Positions 1 to 12,000 of a stretch of 64,000 nucleotides of DNA are shown here, in pieces. The stretch lies in the NCBI GenBank assembly GCA_031835245.2, contig JAVKOQ020000071.1, positions 124,001 through 188,000 of the forward strand, in the 5' to 3' direction. Position 1 is the stretch's first letter; each line of letters starts with the position of its first letter. The DNA is from Balamuthia mandrillaris. Lineage: Eukaryota. The position numbers were made by a program, and so were the translations under genes. A model generated the notes under the pieces. The model had not been told where the DNA came from. It made no database searches and was given only the letters and a program-made list of their open reading frames with translations.

Positions 1-87
1 GAGAAAGAGAAAAACAAAAAAAAGATCAGAGGAATGAACAAAAGGGGATACAAAAACAGAGAACGCAAATGAAGAAGAGAAACGAAC

Positions 88-565
88 CAGCATCATCGCA
101 AACGCGAATGTCGCACTTCTCGCCGGTCCAACCAGCCTCGCACTCACAGAAGTCAGTGCCGATGCAGTTGCCGTGGCCGGTACACCAGTTGACGCCAAAA
201 CAGGTCTTCTCGACGCTTCTCAGCAGCAGCTTGCCGCCGTTCTCGATCTTCAGATTGTGGCCGGCGCCGAGCCTGACCTGGGAGACGTGGCGCTGGTCAT
301 CAATGACGGAGGATGATGCGCTGGCCAGGTTGAAGGGATCAATGTCCAGTCCCACGAGGGAGGTCACGTCGGGGGCCGCGGGGGGTCTGGTGTCAGGGAA
401 AACCCAGTTATCTGTCGTACTCCAGTCCCCGCCCGCTCCCGCGGAGCTCGACCAGTAGATGTCACGGGCGCACTCTGCGGGGGCTCCCTGAGCGCTCACC
501 TCCAACATCACTGCCATCATCACCGTAGCTATGAGAGCTACGAAAACGCTGTTTCGAGAGGTCAT
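88..565 (-). CDS. Secreted/cell-surface EGF-like domain protein, first exon only (gene continues off the left edge of the window)
   Basis: ATG at 565, hydrophobic signal-peptide-like start (MTSRNSVFVALIATVMMAVMLEVSAQ), EGF-like Cys pattern CFGVNWCTGHGNCIGTDFCECEAGWTGEKC. The ORF then runs into a pyrimidine-rich intron near 88. Confidence 0.7.
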
Positions 566-1366
566 TTTTTTTTGTGTTGTGGCTTCTTTCGCTTGTTATT
601 ATCTTCAACGCTCTTTCGGTTACGACGTTTGTGCCGCAGACAGGATCCGGCAAAGATGTGAAGCAGGAGGGAGCGGGGAGGGGGAGAGAAATAGGATAGA
701 GAACAACTCTTGATCAGAATCACTGAAACCTCTTCAACACTTTGGGATTGAGGGAACAAGAAACACGATCAAAAACATTAAGCGGAAACAACTACCTCGA
801 AGAGCCTTCCTCCAAAAAGCTATGCCCGTCTCTGGGTTCCTTCAAGCTTTTCTTTTTTTTGGCTTCTTCTGAACCCACAGAGGAGGTGCGCCTTTTTTTT
901 ATCCAACCAACAACTGGGGATGAACTATAAAAGCTGCAACTAATTTAGAATTCTAAGTTTTAAAACAAATTTTAATATTTTTGATTGGGAAGTCAAGCTT
1001 TATTTTTTTCATTGGGGATTTTCTTTTTTGTTGGTTTTGTTCACTAGTTGTCTTTTGGTGGAGCTCAACTGTCGCCTGTGCCCCTTCTCTTCCTGCTATT
1101 TTAGACGTCTTTTTCTCTTCTCCAAGGAACAAAATAGGAAAATACGAAAAGGCACGAACCAATAGCTTAAACTCCGTTTATAAGTATGGTAACCATTGGT
1201 AGAAATTACGGCTTCCGGCGGGCCAAGTCGACACGAAGATTTTCTTGCTGAAATTTCGTGTGGATTATTACGTCAGCATATGTTAAATTTTTGATTTTGA
1301 AAAAGTTAAAAAATTAAATTTCGTCAAAAAGAAAAAAGAAAGAGAAGTTTTGTTGTTGTTGGAGAG

Positions 1367-2989
1367 ATGCAACAACAGCAGCAACCAGGTAGCGGTGTTG
1401 CTGCTGCTGCAGCGCCATCCTCCCAAACCTCCGCCAGCGCGCCGCTGCACCACGCCAACACTTACTACGCATCGGGTAGCAGCAGCGGCAGCGGCAGCAA
1501 CCAACATCATCAAAATCAAGGCCTGCATCATCATGCTCATCAACAGCACTACACGCAAGCTTCTACTACGACGCCACCGCCGCCGTACTATCCTTCACCC
1601 GCTTTTACGGCTGCTCGTCCAGTGGCGCCTGGAGGTCACACGCACTCCTACTCCTCCTCCGCTCCCCCTTCGCTCCCTCACATCCAACGCCCGCAAAACG
1701 GCTCGCCGGCTCACACGCCATCCTCATCAACGCCCGTGCATCGTGTCACCACCGCCCCAACCACTGGGATTACCGCCGATATGAGCAACACGAGCGATCC
1801 AACGAGAGCTTCCACCAGTGCACCCTCTTCTACTTCTTCTTTGCCGTACTACCCAACAACGACCACCTTCTCGCCCTCTCCTATTCCGTTTTACGCTCCT
1901 TCTCCTTCTCCTTCTTCGTCTTCTTCAAATGCTAAACAACCATCTGCAATGGATGTGGTAACGCCTTCCGCTGCCGTTAGGACAACCCACTCGGCCTCTC
2001 ATTCGCATCCCTCTCGCTCTGCCTCTCCTTACCCAACAGTTTCACCCGCTGTAACGCCACCCCATCGAAGCCCTTCGCTTCCTCCGACAAAGCCACAAAC
2101 CCCGCAACAAACTCCGCAACAACAAACCATGTACAAAGAAAATGAACAGTACTGTCTCCCTTCTCTTCTTTTCTCTACTTCTTGCTTCTTCTTTCTGCTT
2201 CTCTTTCTTCTTCATTGTTCTTTGTCCTTTGTTATTACCTCTCTCGTTCGCTCGCTCTTATTTCTCACTGTAACTACTCAAATAGAATCGCGCGGTTAAA
2301 CGCAGAACGCCAAAAAGCACTCCAGCCTGACTACCTCACTCCTTTTGCCAATCTTCAAGATGCCTTGCTCCGGCTGTCGGCCTATCACGTCCTAGACATC
2401 CCTCTTCCTGACTCCATTTCGTCCGAAGAACGTGCGTCTCAACCCTTTCTTTCTTGCTTATCGTTTCTTTCGTTCTTGCTTGCTTGTCATTTCTTTCTTT
2501 CTTGTCGTTGCTTTCTTTCTTTCTTTCTTTCCTTGACGACATTAATTGTTTCTTTCTTATTCCTTTGTTTGTGGTGATTAAAAAAAACAAGTGGAAAAAG
2601 GACGACAAAAAGCAGTGATGGAAGCAGGCGTCAGAGTGGCCAAAGTGCAGGAAGGTCTTCTGGCGGAAGTGCAACAGCGAATGCACTTTCCTCTCCCGGA
2701 GGACACTTTGCTGTGCAACAAGCTGCTCTACTATGACGAGGCACGAGAGCACGAGCACATGCGCGCTCGCCATCAACTTTACCAACAGCAACAACAAACA
2801 CAGCAGCCGCAACAGCAGCAGCAGCGGTTGAGCCAACCTTCTTCCGCGCCAACCACAACAACACAACAGCAGCCAACTGCTGCTCTGCCTGTTATCATGC
2901 CACCACCATCACAGCCACAACCACAGCAGCCACAACGGCCGTCTTCTCTTCCTCCTCCCTCTTCTGTAGCGACCACATCCTCGAATTGA
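1367..2989 (+). CDS. Low-complexity Q/P/S-rich protein with a GLTSCR1 (BICRA-like) C-terminal domain, about 3 exons
   Basis: KALQPDYLTPFANLQDALLRLSAYHV resembles the GLTSCR1 domain motif PDY.TPF....DA..RL..YHV. Flanked by Q/H/P/S-rich ORFs 1367.. and ..2989. Introns at about 2150-2285 and 2432-2591. Confidence 0.65.
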
Positions 2990-3112
2990 AAAGATTAAAA
3001 AAAAAAAACAGAGAGGCTTCGCCACTCGTTTTTTTGGTAAGGTGCTACAGTTGTTGTTGAGAGACGGAGAAAAGAGAGAGTGCTGAGTGACTTGGAGGCA
3101 TTGAGTGGATCA

Positions 3113-4317
3113 TTATTCCGCCTTTTCTTCTTCCTTCTTCTCCTTTTCTTCCTTCTTCTCCTTTTCTTCCTTCTTCTCCTCATTCTCTTCCTTGTTCTCC
3201 TTCTTCTTCTCCTTCTTCTTCTTCTCCTTCTTCTCCCCCTTCTCCTCCTTCTCCTCGTCCTTCTCCTTGTCGTCCTTCTTTTCTCCCTGCTTTTTCTCCT
3301 CCTTCGTTTTGCCTTCCTTCTTTGTCTTCTCTTTCTTTGGCTTCTTCTCTTTCTTCGTCTTCTCCTCTCCTTTCTTTCCTTCCTCCTCTTCCGCATCGCT
3401 CGTCTCCTCCACAGTGTACTCTTCTGGAATTTTCTCTTCTGAAGCAGAAGACGAAGACACAGAGGCAGATGCAGAAGAAGCAATAGCACTGCGCATGCTC
3501 ACCATGAGATCTTTGCCCAATTGAACAGCATTCTTCAGCGCGGCAGTCCATTGATCCGCCTCTTCCTCTGAAGCGGCGCTCAGCAGGAGGTTCTGACGGC
3601 CTTCCAACTTGATGGTGAAGGGGCGCGACGCTTCTTTGTCCACCAAAGGACCCGTAGAGACTTCGAAGGAGTTCAGCTCGAAACCATCCTTCGGATCTTC
3701 CTGAAAACGCAAGCCAAGTTCAATTTTTTTTAAAAAAAAGACAACGGTTGAAAGGTAAAAGAGTATAGGGGACAAAGAGGAAGGAGAATGCATACGTTTT
3801 TAGCGTCCAACAAGAACAAAACGTTTTTGTGGATAATACAAAACTTTTTCTGCCATTTCTTGGGAGATATCGCTTTGCTCAGCCATCCCGATAACTGTTG
3901 TTGCCAAAATAACCAAGTCAGAAATAACCCGTCATAAAGGAGAACGAAGCTATAAAAGAAAAAGAAAAAAGGGGAGAAGAAAGAAACCTCTTCTGATCCT
4001 TCAAGGCTTGCAACCCATTGCTTTTCCTTGTCATCGCCCTCCTTTTCAGTCTTATCAGAGGACGCAGCAGCAACAGGACTAATGGCAGCACGAATGGCGC
4101 TCATCCAAACTTGCATCTCCTCCTCGTTGGCGGCCTGCAAGTAAAACACGCGAGCGCGCTTGGGGTGAGTGATGCTGAAACAGTGCTCACGATTGAGCTC
4201 GGTGGAAGGCTCCACGGAGCAGCCAACCAAAGCCACAAATCCTTTCTTCACAGCAATTTTCTAAAGAATAACAGAGAAATGTTAAAAGAGAAAAACAACG
4301 AAACGAGGCGAGGCGAG

Positions 4318-4370
<53 letters not shown>

Positions 4371-5748
4371 ACATCATTGGACTTGTAGTAATGCAGAATG
4401 TTGGGTTGCAGCACAAAGAAGCGACGAGTCCAACTCTTGCGAGAACCACCGCGCTTGGTGAGAAAACCACATTTCAAGGCGTCAGAAGCGCCGACAGTGC
4501 CACGAGTAAGGCGAGACTTGGCAGACTTGTCTTGAACCTTCTTTTCTTCTTTAGAGTCACCTTGGGAGGCTTCCTCTTTCTTCGTGTTTTTATCTTCTTT
4601 CGTGGACTTGGCGTCTTTTTCTTCCTTCGCTTCTACGGTTTTGTCCGCTTTTTCTCCTTCTTTCTCTTCTTTCTCTTCCTCCTTCTTCTCTTCTGTCTTC
4701 TCTTCTTTCTCTTCTTCTTTCTTAGTAGACTTCCTGTCCTTGTCTTTGTTTGTTCCCTCTGAAGTGGTTCCTTTCTTCTTTTCCAAACGTTCCCGTATCT
4801 TACGGACTTCCTCTTCTCTCTTCTTCTTTTCCTCTTCCTTCTTCTTTTCTTCCTCTGAAAGCTCTTTGGGTGGTTCAGGTGCTTGTTCCTCTCCCTCCTG
4901 TTCCTCATCATCAGAGCTTTCCGAGTCGTCTTCGCTGCGTGGGCTAGGCATTTCAGTGGGAGGAATTCCTTGAGAGTTCTTGCGACCAGAGTCCTTGAGG
5001 GCATCCACTTCGGCCTTGATGGAGTTCAACCACTCCTGCAGCTCCTCTTCACTTCTTGCAAACAAGAAATAGGTACGTCTATGGTGAAGATAAGCGGGCT
5101 TGTTTAGAAAATACTCTACCAAAGAAAAAAGCAAATAAGAAGAGGAAAGAGGAAAGGATAGCACCTTTGAGGATGGAAGATGCGGAAGCAGAACTTCTTC
5201 TTCTTTTCATTGTCTACCTCAGCAGTGCAGCCGTCCAAAGCGATGACACCACGAGGGTGAGCATCCCTCAAGTTTTTGTAGTAAAAGAGACTACCGTCGT
5301 GCAGGACACACCATCTCTTCTTCCAAGTTTGACGATTTCCTATTTATCGGCAAACAAATAAAATGTTAAGCTATGATCGATTGGGATAGAGAGAGAAGAG
5401 GCGAGAGGAGAGCAAAGCTAGGAAGAACAGTACCTCCACACTGGCGAGGCAGTCGACAAAGATTGAGCAATAACCAGCAGATGTTGATGGAAGGACGAAT
5501 CAATCGACCAGCGAAAGGAAAAGGAAAAAAAAAAAAAGAAGAAAGCAGAGGCAGAGCGAGAGAGGAAGAGCAAAAAGAGAAGAACAGTGGCTGGCTTACC
5601 TTGGTCAGAAAACCTTGCGCCCTACACTTTTCGCCTAATTCAGTCGCGCCGGGCTGATTGGTTTTTTTTTGTTAACAAAAAAAAAGGTAGAGCTGAGCAT
5701 AGTTGAAAGCAAAAACAAAAACGCACATACCAAGTGTTGCAAGCTCAT
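3113..5748 (-). CDS. Triple pleckstrin-homology (PH) domain protein with E/K-rich linkers
   Basis: Three PH signatures: GFLTKCGGNRQTWKKRWCVL (assembled through a 7-nt microexon), GFLTKRGGSRKSWTRRFFVL...AANEEEMQVWMSAI, and GWLSKAISPKKWQKKFCII...ASEEEADQWTAAL. Proposed ATG at 5748 (MSLQHL|PGATELGEK). Confidence 0.8.
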
Positions 5749-6070
5749 GTTTCTTTGTGCGTGCGTTCGGATGGATGGATGGATGAATAATGGAAGTGGT
5801 TCGCTACGGGCTTCAACTTCCGCTGCACTTGGTTCCTGTTCTTTCTTCGCTACCTTTTTTTTTTTGGTTTGAAATATAATAAAACCGGAGGTGGACACTT
5901 TCGGCAGAGAGGCAAGTATGGCAGGAGAAATTGCCTTGATCGGGAACAGATCTTGATGGGAGAGAGAAGGGGAGTATTCGAGGGTTCCGATGGCTAATTT
6001 TGTGCGGATACTCTGTGATCTGTCCGGGTGTGCCGTTACCTGGCAGAGACCTGGAGCGGCTCGTGTCGTC

Positions 6071-9000
6071 ATGAACCCATGGTGCCCCTTGGGCGAAGAG
6101 GCGACTTTTGTTCGCTTCCAAACTTTCTCTTTCCTCAGGCCTTTATATAGTAACCTCAAAAAAAAAAAAGAAGTGGTCCTGCGGTGCCGCTTGTGCAGCA
6201 GCTGGTACTGCCATGAAGGCACAAGCAGCAAGAGGTATGGTGGTGTTTCCATTGCCCAAGATGCGTTCTTCTGACTCTTATAGCACTCTAAAGGTGAGTT
6301 GGAAGAACGGCTTTCCACAGTGGTGAACAGACATGTATCGAGAAGCGTAAGGCTGGAGGTGCTTGGCGCCATAGCGAAACTTGTAAACTCTGAGAGCTTT
6401 CAGTTTCCTTCTGACCTCGCACAGTTTTTCCAAAGGTTCTCAGCATGATCCCTTTCTTGTTTGTATTTTCGTGTCTTACACTCTCCTTCAAACAGTCTGG
6501 GAGAGCTCCTGTTACATCCTTCTCAAACGCTTAGAGCTTGCACCCTGCGAGTAATTCGCTATTCTCTCAACAGACATCCCGATAAGACCGCCTTCCTGAC
6601 CCAACTCATCACCTCCAACGTTGGTTTCCTGATTGCGAGGTAGCGCTCTTCTTTTTTCTAACCCTTCTCTTTCTCCTGTCTCATTTCTGTTATTCGTCGC
6701 TTGAATGGACTTCGTTGAAACCAAAAAAGGTCGATGGAACGCGAGGAGGAACTTACTCAGGAAAGGGTGGAAGCTTTCAAGTTGGCGCGAGCATTCATAG
6801 GCTTGGACTGTTCCATCTTTCCTCGAAGCATCGTTGCCGCGGTCATCGCCATCGCCGAGACGCATCGTGATGCCTTTTGTAAAGCCTCTTTGGAGCTGCT
6901 CATTGAAATAGGTATCATCTGCATCCAGTCGGTTTCATCCTTTTTTCTTCTCACTTCAACAATAGCGATGACAAACCCCAAGTTGACCGCCTACTGTGGA
7001 GGGTTCGCAACGTTGGTGACGGCTAGTTTCGATCCGCACCACCAGTCCTACCAGCCTCACATACTGGCCGCCCTCCTCAACATCCTCAACGATGAGTCCA
7101 CCCGCGCCTTCCTCCGGACAGACTGTGAGTTGCAGGTATCTCCAGTTCCTCCACCGTTCTGTCGCTTCCTGTGGTCCCCTCCTACTCACAAAACATAACA
7201 AAACATACAGAGCATTGTATCGTTGCTGACAAACAATGATGCAGACGAACCACCAAACAGAGACCGTTGCGCAGCGGCCACTAGGGCCATCTTCAGCATG
7301 CTAAAAAGCTGGAGCGGGCTCATCTCCTTCGCCTCGGACGCCACCGCCTTGACCTCCATCGTGCAGTGCTTGCTCTCCTCCCACCTCCTCATCCAGGAGC
7401 TAGTCCTGGACTCCTTCTTCCAACTCCTCTTCGTTCCCAACTTTGAAACAACCAACAACACCAACGGCAACAGCAGCGGGAATGTCGATTCTTCCAATGC
7501 GGCTGCTGCCAACTCCGCAACCAAAGCAAGCAACACCAACCATCCAAACCCAAACAACAACAACAATAACAACAACATAAGCAACAACGCACCAACTACC
7601 CTTCGAAGACACATGGCTCCCTCCAAAGACGCTCGGGTGGCTGACTTTGGCATTGGAGGCGAGCTCTCCCTGCCGAGCAGGACCTACGGCGAGAGGTGGA
7701 ACCTCAAGGACAACTTTTTGGCCGCCCTCCTGAGCCTCTTCATCGCCAAGGGTTTGGTTGAGGCGTTGGTCTTCCTGGCCATGCGGGTGGAGAAGGATCA
7801 CCCTCAGCTGTCCCTGAAGGCCACCGTCCTGCTGGGTGAGATCTTGCATATGTCCAACCAGCTGTTGCCGCCCTCTCAGTGCGCCCGACTTCAGGTATAT
7901 CAGCTATACCTGTCTTTTGTTCCTCTCCCACGTTTCACTTTCTCGTTCCTTCCTCTGCTTTCTTCTCCTCTCTGTGTTGTTTAATTCCAACCACGTCATT
8001 GAGAAGTAATAATAACTAACACTTGCCGCAACACACACGACCCCAGACTCTCCCCAACTTGATATCATGCTCGGTGTCGAGGGCGGTTCATCCGAGCATG
8101 CGGTCCAATGCCAGCACCATGGTCAGCAACCTTCATCAGTTCTCCCACAACCGGGAGACCAGCAATCACTATGACTTTCACCTGAGCTTGATCGTTACCG
8201 GGGCCAACAAGTGGAGAAGGAGGAAAGGCATGGACAAGAACTTGGACCGCATCGATGACGTGAAGCGGAAGATCGACTGGAGCATGGATGAGAACCAACT
8301 CACGGCCAAGCTGAAGCAGACACAAGTACTTCTTTTTCTACTTCTATTGTTCTCTGCTGTTATGAGCTGCTCTCTTCTTTATTCGATCTCTGTTCTCTCT
8401 TTCTTCTCTCTCTCGCTCTCTCTCTTCTTCCCTTTAGTCTTTCTTCTCTGCTTATTGACATACAAAAAGGTGTTAACGACAAAGGACTATACGAGATGGG
8501 ACTGGGACGTCATAACAGAAGCCTTAGAAGGGCCGTTACGCAACCCTGCCCACCTCAACTACGCCCTCCACACCAAGTTCATCAAGCGCATCATCTCGTT
8601 CCTGCAACCCACTTCAAACAAGTTTGCCAGCATACCGTGCTCTCCGGTTTGTACTTTTCCATGTGAACAGCCTTCACTTCTTCTTCTTTTCTTACTTTCG
8701 GTCTCTCGTCCTCTTCCTTTTTGTTGATGCCCATAGGAGGCTATCAAGTATGTGAGGGCCGCTTGTCAGTTGATGGAACTATTGCTCTCTACCGAGGAAG
8801 GCACGACCTTCCTCTCCGAGAGTCGGTTGATATCTCACATTTCCGATCTTCTGAAGGCTGAAGTGGATGGAGTAAGCTTTCCTATGCTCTCCTTTTTTGT
8901 TTTCAGACATTCTGATAAGTTTTTCTCTTGTTGTTCGCAAAAGAATGGAGGAGCATCCACTCCATCCGCTTCTTCCGGTTTCTCTTCGTCTTCTTCTTTC

Positions 9001-12000
9001 TCTTCGTCCTCTTCCAAAAGGCAAATAGACATCAGGCCAGAGAATGTTCATAAGACTTTGGTGAGGGAGTACTTCACCCTGTTGGGAACGTTGAGCAGGT
9101 AAGTGAAATTTCGTTTTTCTGTTTTATTTCCCGAATTACAACACGACCCCTGTGGGTTCCTTCGGAGTTTTCACGGTCCGTGACACCAAATGCTTGGTTG
9201 TCGGGCACCAAGGTCTACATTCGTTCGGAGGCCTGGACCAGCAAGACTTGCACCTGGTGCCTCCATGTGACTCACGAACAGAAGCAACACAACCAGCGTG
9301 AGCGAATCTTCGAGTGCGGACGCAGGGACTGTGGGATACGACTGGATCGAGATATAAATGGAGCTCGCAACATACTCCTTAGGAGCCTCTGTTGCGGCGT
9401 TGCCCGATGGAGCCATATGGGGGCGTGCTGATGGGAAAGTGGATGGGCGCTTCTGTAGCCCTCTAGCCCACCCCATCACCGCGTCTTCGCAAGAACTTTC
9501 ATTTGTGAGTTTACTCACTTGTGTGATTTTTAATCCATCAGCTATCCCGCCGGCAATGACGTGCTGAAGAAGGCCAAAGTTTTTGCTCATCTGGGAGCCT
9601 TGTTGAGTCTTCAGGGTCGCGATGACCTTCCGTTCCTCATTCTTTCCTGTCTAGACTACAACCTGTACTTCCATCTTCTTGCTCCTTGCTCCATTTCATT
9701 CCTCTTATGTTAACTTCTTTCTGCACAGAGCGGGCTATTCCAGAGTGTTGTTGCAAAAGTCTCTTTCCTCGTCCTCCAAAGTGGTTCGATACATGGCCAC
9801 CAGGCATATGCGCGTCCTGTTGAGAGCCGGTGTTGCGAACTTCTCTGCGTGGGGCATAGAGTTCCTTGTCACTCAAGTTATATTTATTCATTCTTCATTC
9901 TGTCCTCCTTTTTCTCCTTGGCTCTCTTCTTGTTCCCGCTTCTCTTTCATCATCCGCATTCTTTTGAGACAAACGAACCAACCTTCTATTCTTTTATCTT
10001 TCTTTGTTGCTATAGCTGGCCGACAGCAACAAGCGAGTCAAGGAGCTGGCGTTAAGCATCCTGGATGAAGCCTGCGACGAGGACGAATGTCTCGAGTCCC
10101 TCATTTCCAAGAAGCCCCGTTCCCTGCTGGATATGGGGGCAGAGGGCAAGTCCCTCGTCCTTCGCTTTCTCTCCAGAGAGCAGGGCCTGCAGGTAAGTGA
10201 AATTTCGTTTTTCTGTTTTATTTCCCGAATTACAACACGACCCCTGTGGGTTCCTTCGGAGTTTTCACGGTCCGTGACACCAAATGCTTGGTTGTCGGGG
10301 CCGTGTGGAAACTATTTAAGCAACCGCTCCGTTCTTTCCAGTCGTATCCCACAGTCCCTACATGTCACAAACCACCACCATTGACGCTACCACTACCATT
10401 ACCCCACGACTCAGAGAACCCACCGAAGATCTGCACTACATCACCCCCACGAAGCTGATCAAACGCTATGGCGTCTCCCTCAGCGGGCTGGCCAAGTGGC
10501 ACACGGAGGGCAAGGTGGCGGCCCTCCGCACCCCAAGCGGGCACCGCCGCTACGCGGCAGAGCACGTTAGAGAGCTTCTTGGCCTCCCCGCCGCGGTCCC
10601 AGAACCCGAGGCCACCGAAAAGATCAAGGCCATCTACTGTCGAGTCTCCAGTCACAGACAACGAGAGCACCTCAAGCATCAAGTTGAGCGTATGCGAGAA
10701 GCCTACCCGAGGCACAAGGTCTACAGCGACATCAGCTCGGGCATCAACTGGAAGCGCAAGGACTTTGTCGCCCTTCTGGAGCGAGTCCTTGCTGGACATG
10801 TCGAGGAGGTTGTGGTTGCCCACCGAGACCGCCTCTGTCGGATCGCCTACAAGCTCATCGAGCACATCTTCCGTAGGTGCGGAACCCGTCTCCTGGTGCA
10901 CCGTCCGGACGACGAGGACGACGATGAGGCTGAACCAAGCAACGTCCTCGCCGAGGACCTCCTCTCCCTCGTTACCGTCTTTGTCTGTAGACACCACGGT
11001 CAAAGATGATATACAGCTGGCCAAGGAGGCAGCTCGAGCACGTCAAAGAGGCCAAGGCAAACCAAAAAGGGCGACAGAGGAGGATCCAAACGACGACGAA
11101 GAGGAGGAGGAAGATCCGACGCTGTTCAAGACGAGAAAGATACGTCTGAGGCCCACCAAGGAACAAGCCCGGATCCTCAACCACTGGTTCGGAGGGGCGA
11201 GGAAAGTCTGGAACACCACTCTTCGAGACTGCAAGACAACGGAGAAAGAAGAAGAGGAGGAAAAGAAGAGGAGTAGAGTGGCGTGGAAGCTGAGTCGGAT
11301 GCAGGGCGTCTGCGTGGTTAAACCTAGAATCATATTCGATTACTTGGAAGACGTCCCCTACTCCATCAAGCACGAGGCGGTAAAGCAGCTCCACGGCAAT
11401 TACCTCACCTGCTGGACGCTCAAGAAGCAGGGTCATATCCGACGCTTCTCCATCAAGTACAAGCGCAAAAAGGACCACCGCACCGAGTCCATCAAGATCC
11501 TTGGACATTACGTCCACTGGTGGAAGGGCTTCATCTACCCCAACGAGCTCCACGTGAACGAGCGTTGGAAAGAAGCCAATGAAACCCGCAAGAGGACACC
11601 CAGACGACGGCGGTTGCCGAATCCCCACGTTAAGCACATAGACCCCATGTTCGACCCTGTAGCGTATGCTTTAGAAGGCCTGGAGTTGGACGACAAGGGC
11701 CGACTGAGACGAACCTGCACACTGCACAAGGACAAGCGTCAACATTTTTGGCTCTGCGTGCCGATCCCGATCCAACATCATGAACGGGCTCCTGATAACC
11801 AAGGGAGCATCGTGGCCTTGGATCCAGGGGTTCGCACCTTTCTGTGTGGATATAGTCCTACCGAGAGAACGGTGAGGGAGTTTGGACGCAACGACTTTGG
11901 TCGCATCTGGCGCCTCGGAAAGCATGCCGACGCCCTGCAGTCCAAAATCGACCGCTCCCCACCGAGCCGCCGCAAGAGAAAACTTCGCGCTCTGCTCAAA

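Noticed and set aside
1248..1260. TGAAATTTCGT matching the element left end
   Set aside because: Only about 11 bp in AT-rich intergenic DNA, with no GTAAG donor and no right end nearby; likely chance.
2995..3551. Poly-L/F/R ORFs in alternative frames (also around 4400-5000, 17040, 21400-21700, 23100-23350)
   Set aside because: Off-frame translations of E/K-rich exons or microsatellites.
9180..9431. 83-aa ORF with the Fanzor C-terminus as a separate gene
   Set aside because: Chimeric product of the internal deletion; no ATG start and lacks RuvC-I.
10337..10359. 23-nt arm as a self-targeting Fanzor guide following the structured left end
   Set aside because: The matching site is preceded by TCGA on the target strand, not the inferred GCAG TAM, and omegaRNAs normally come from the right end. 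Long-range pairing is the simpler explanation.
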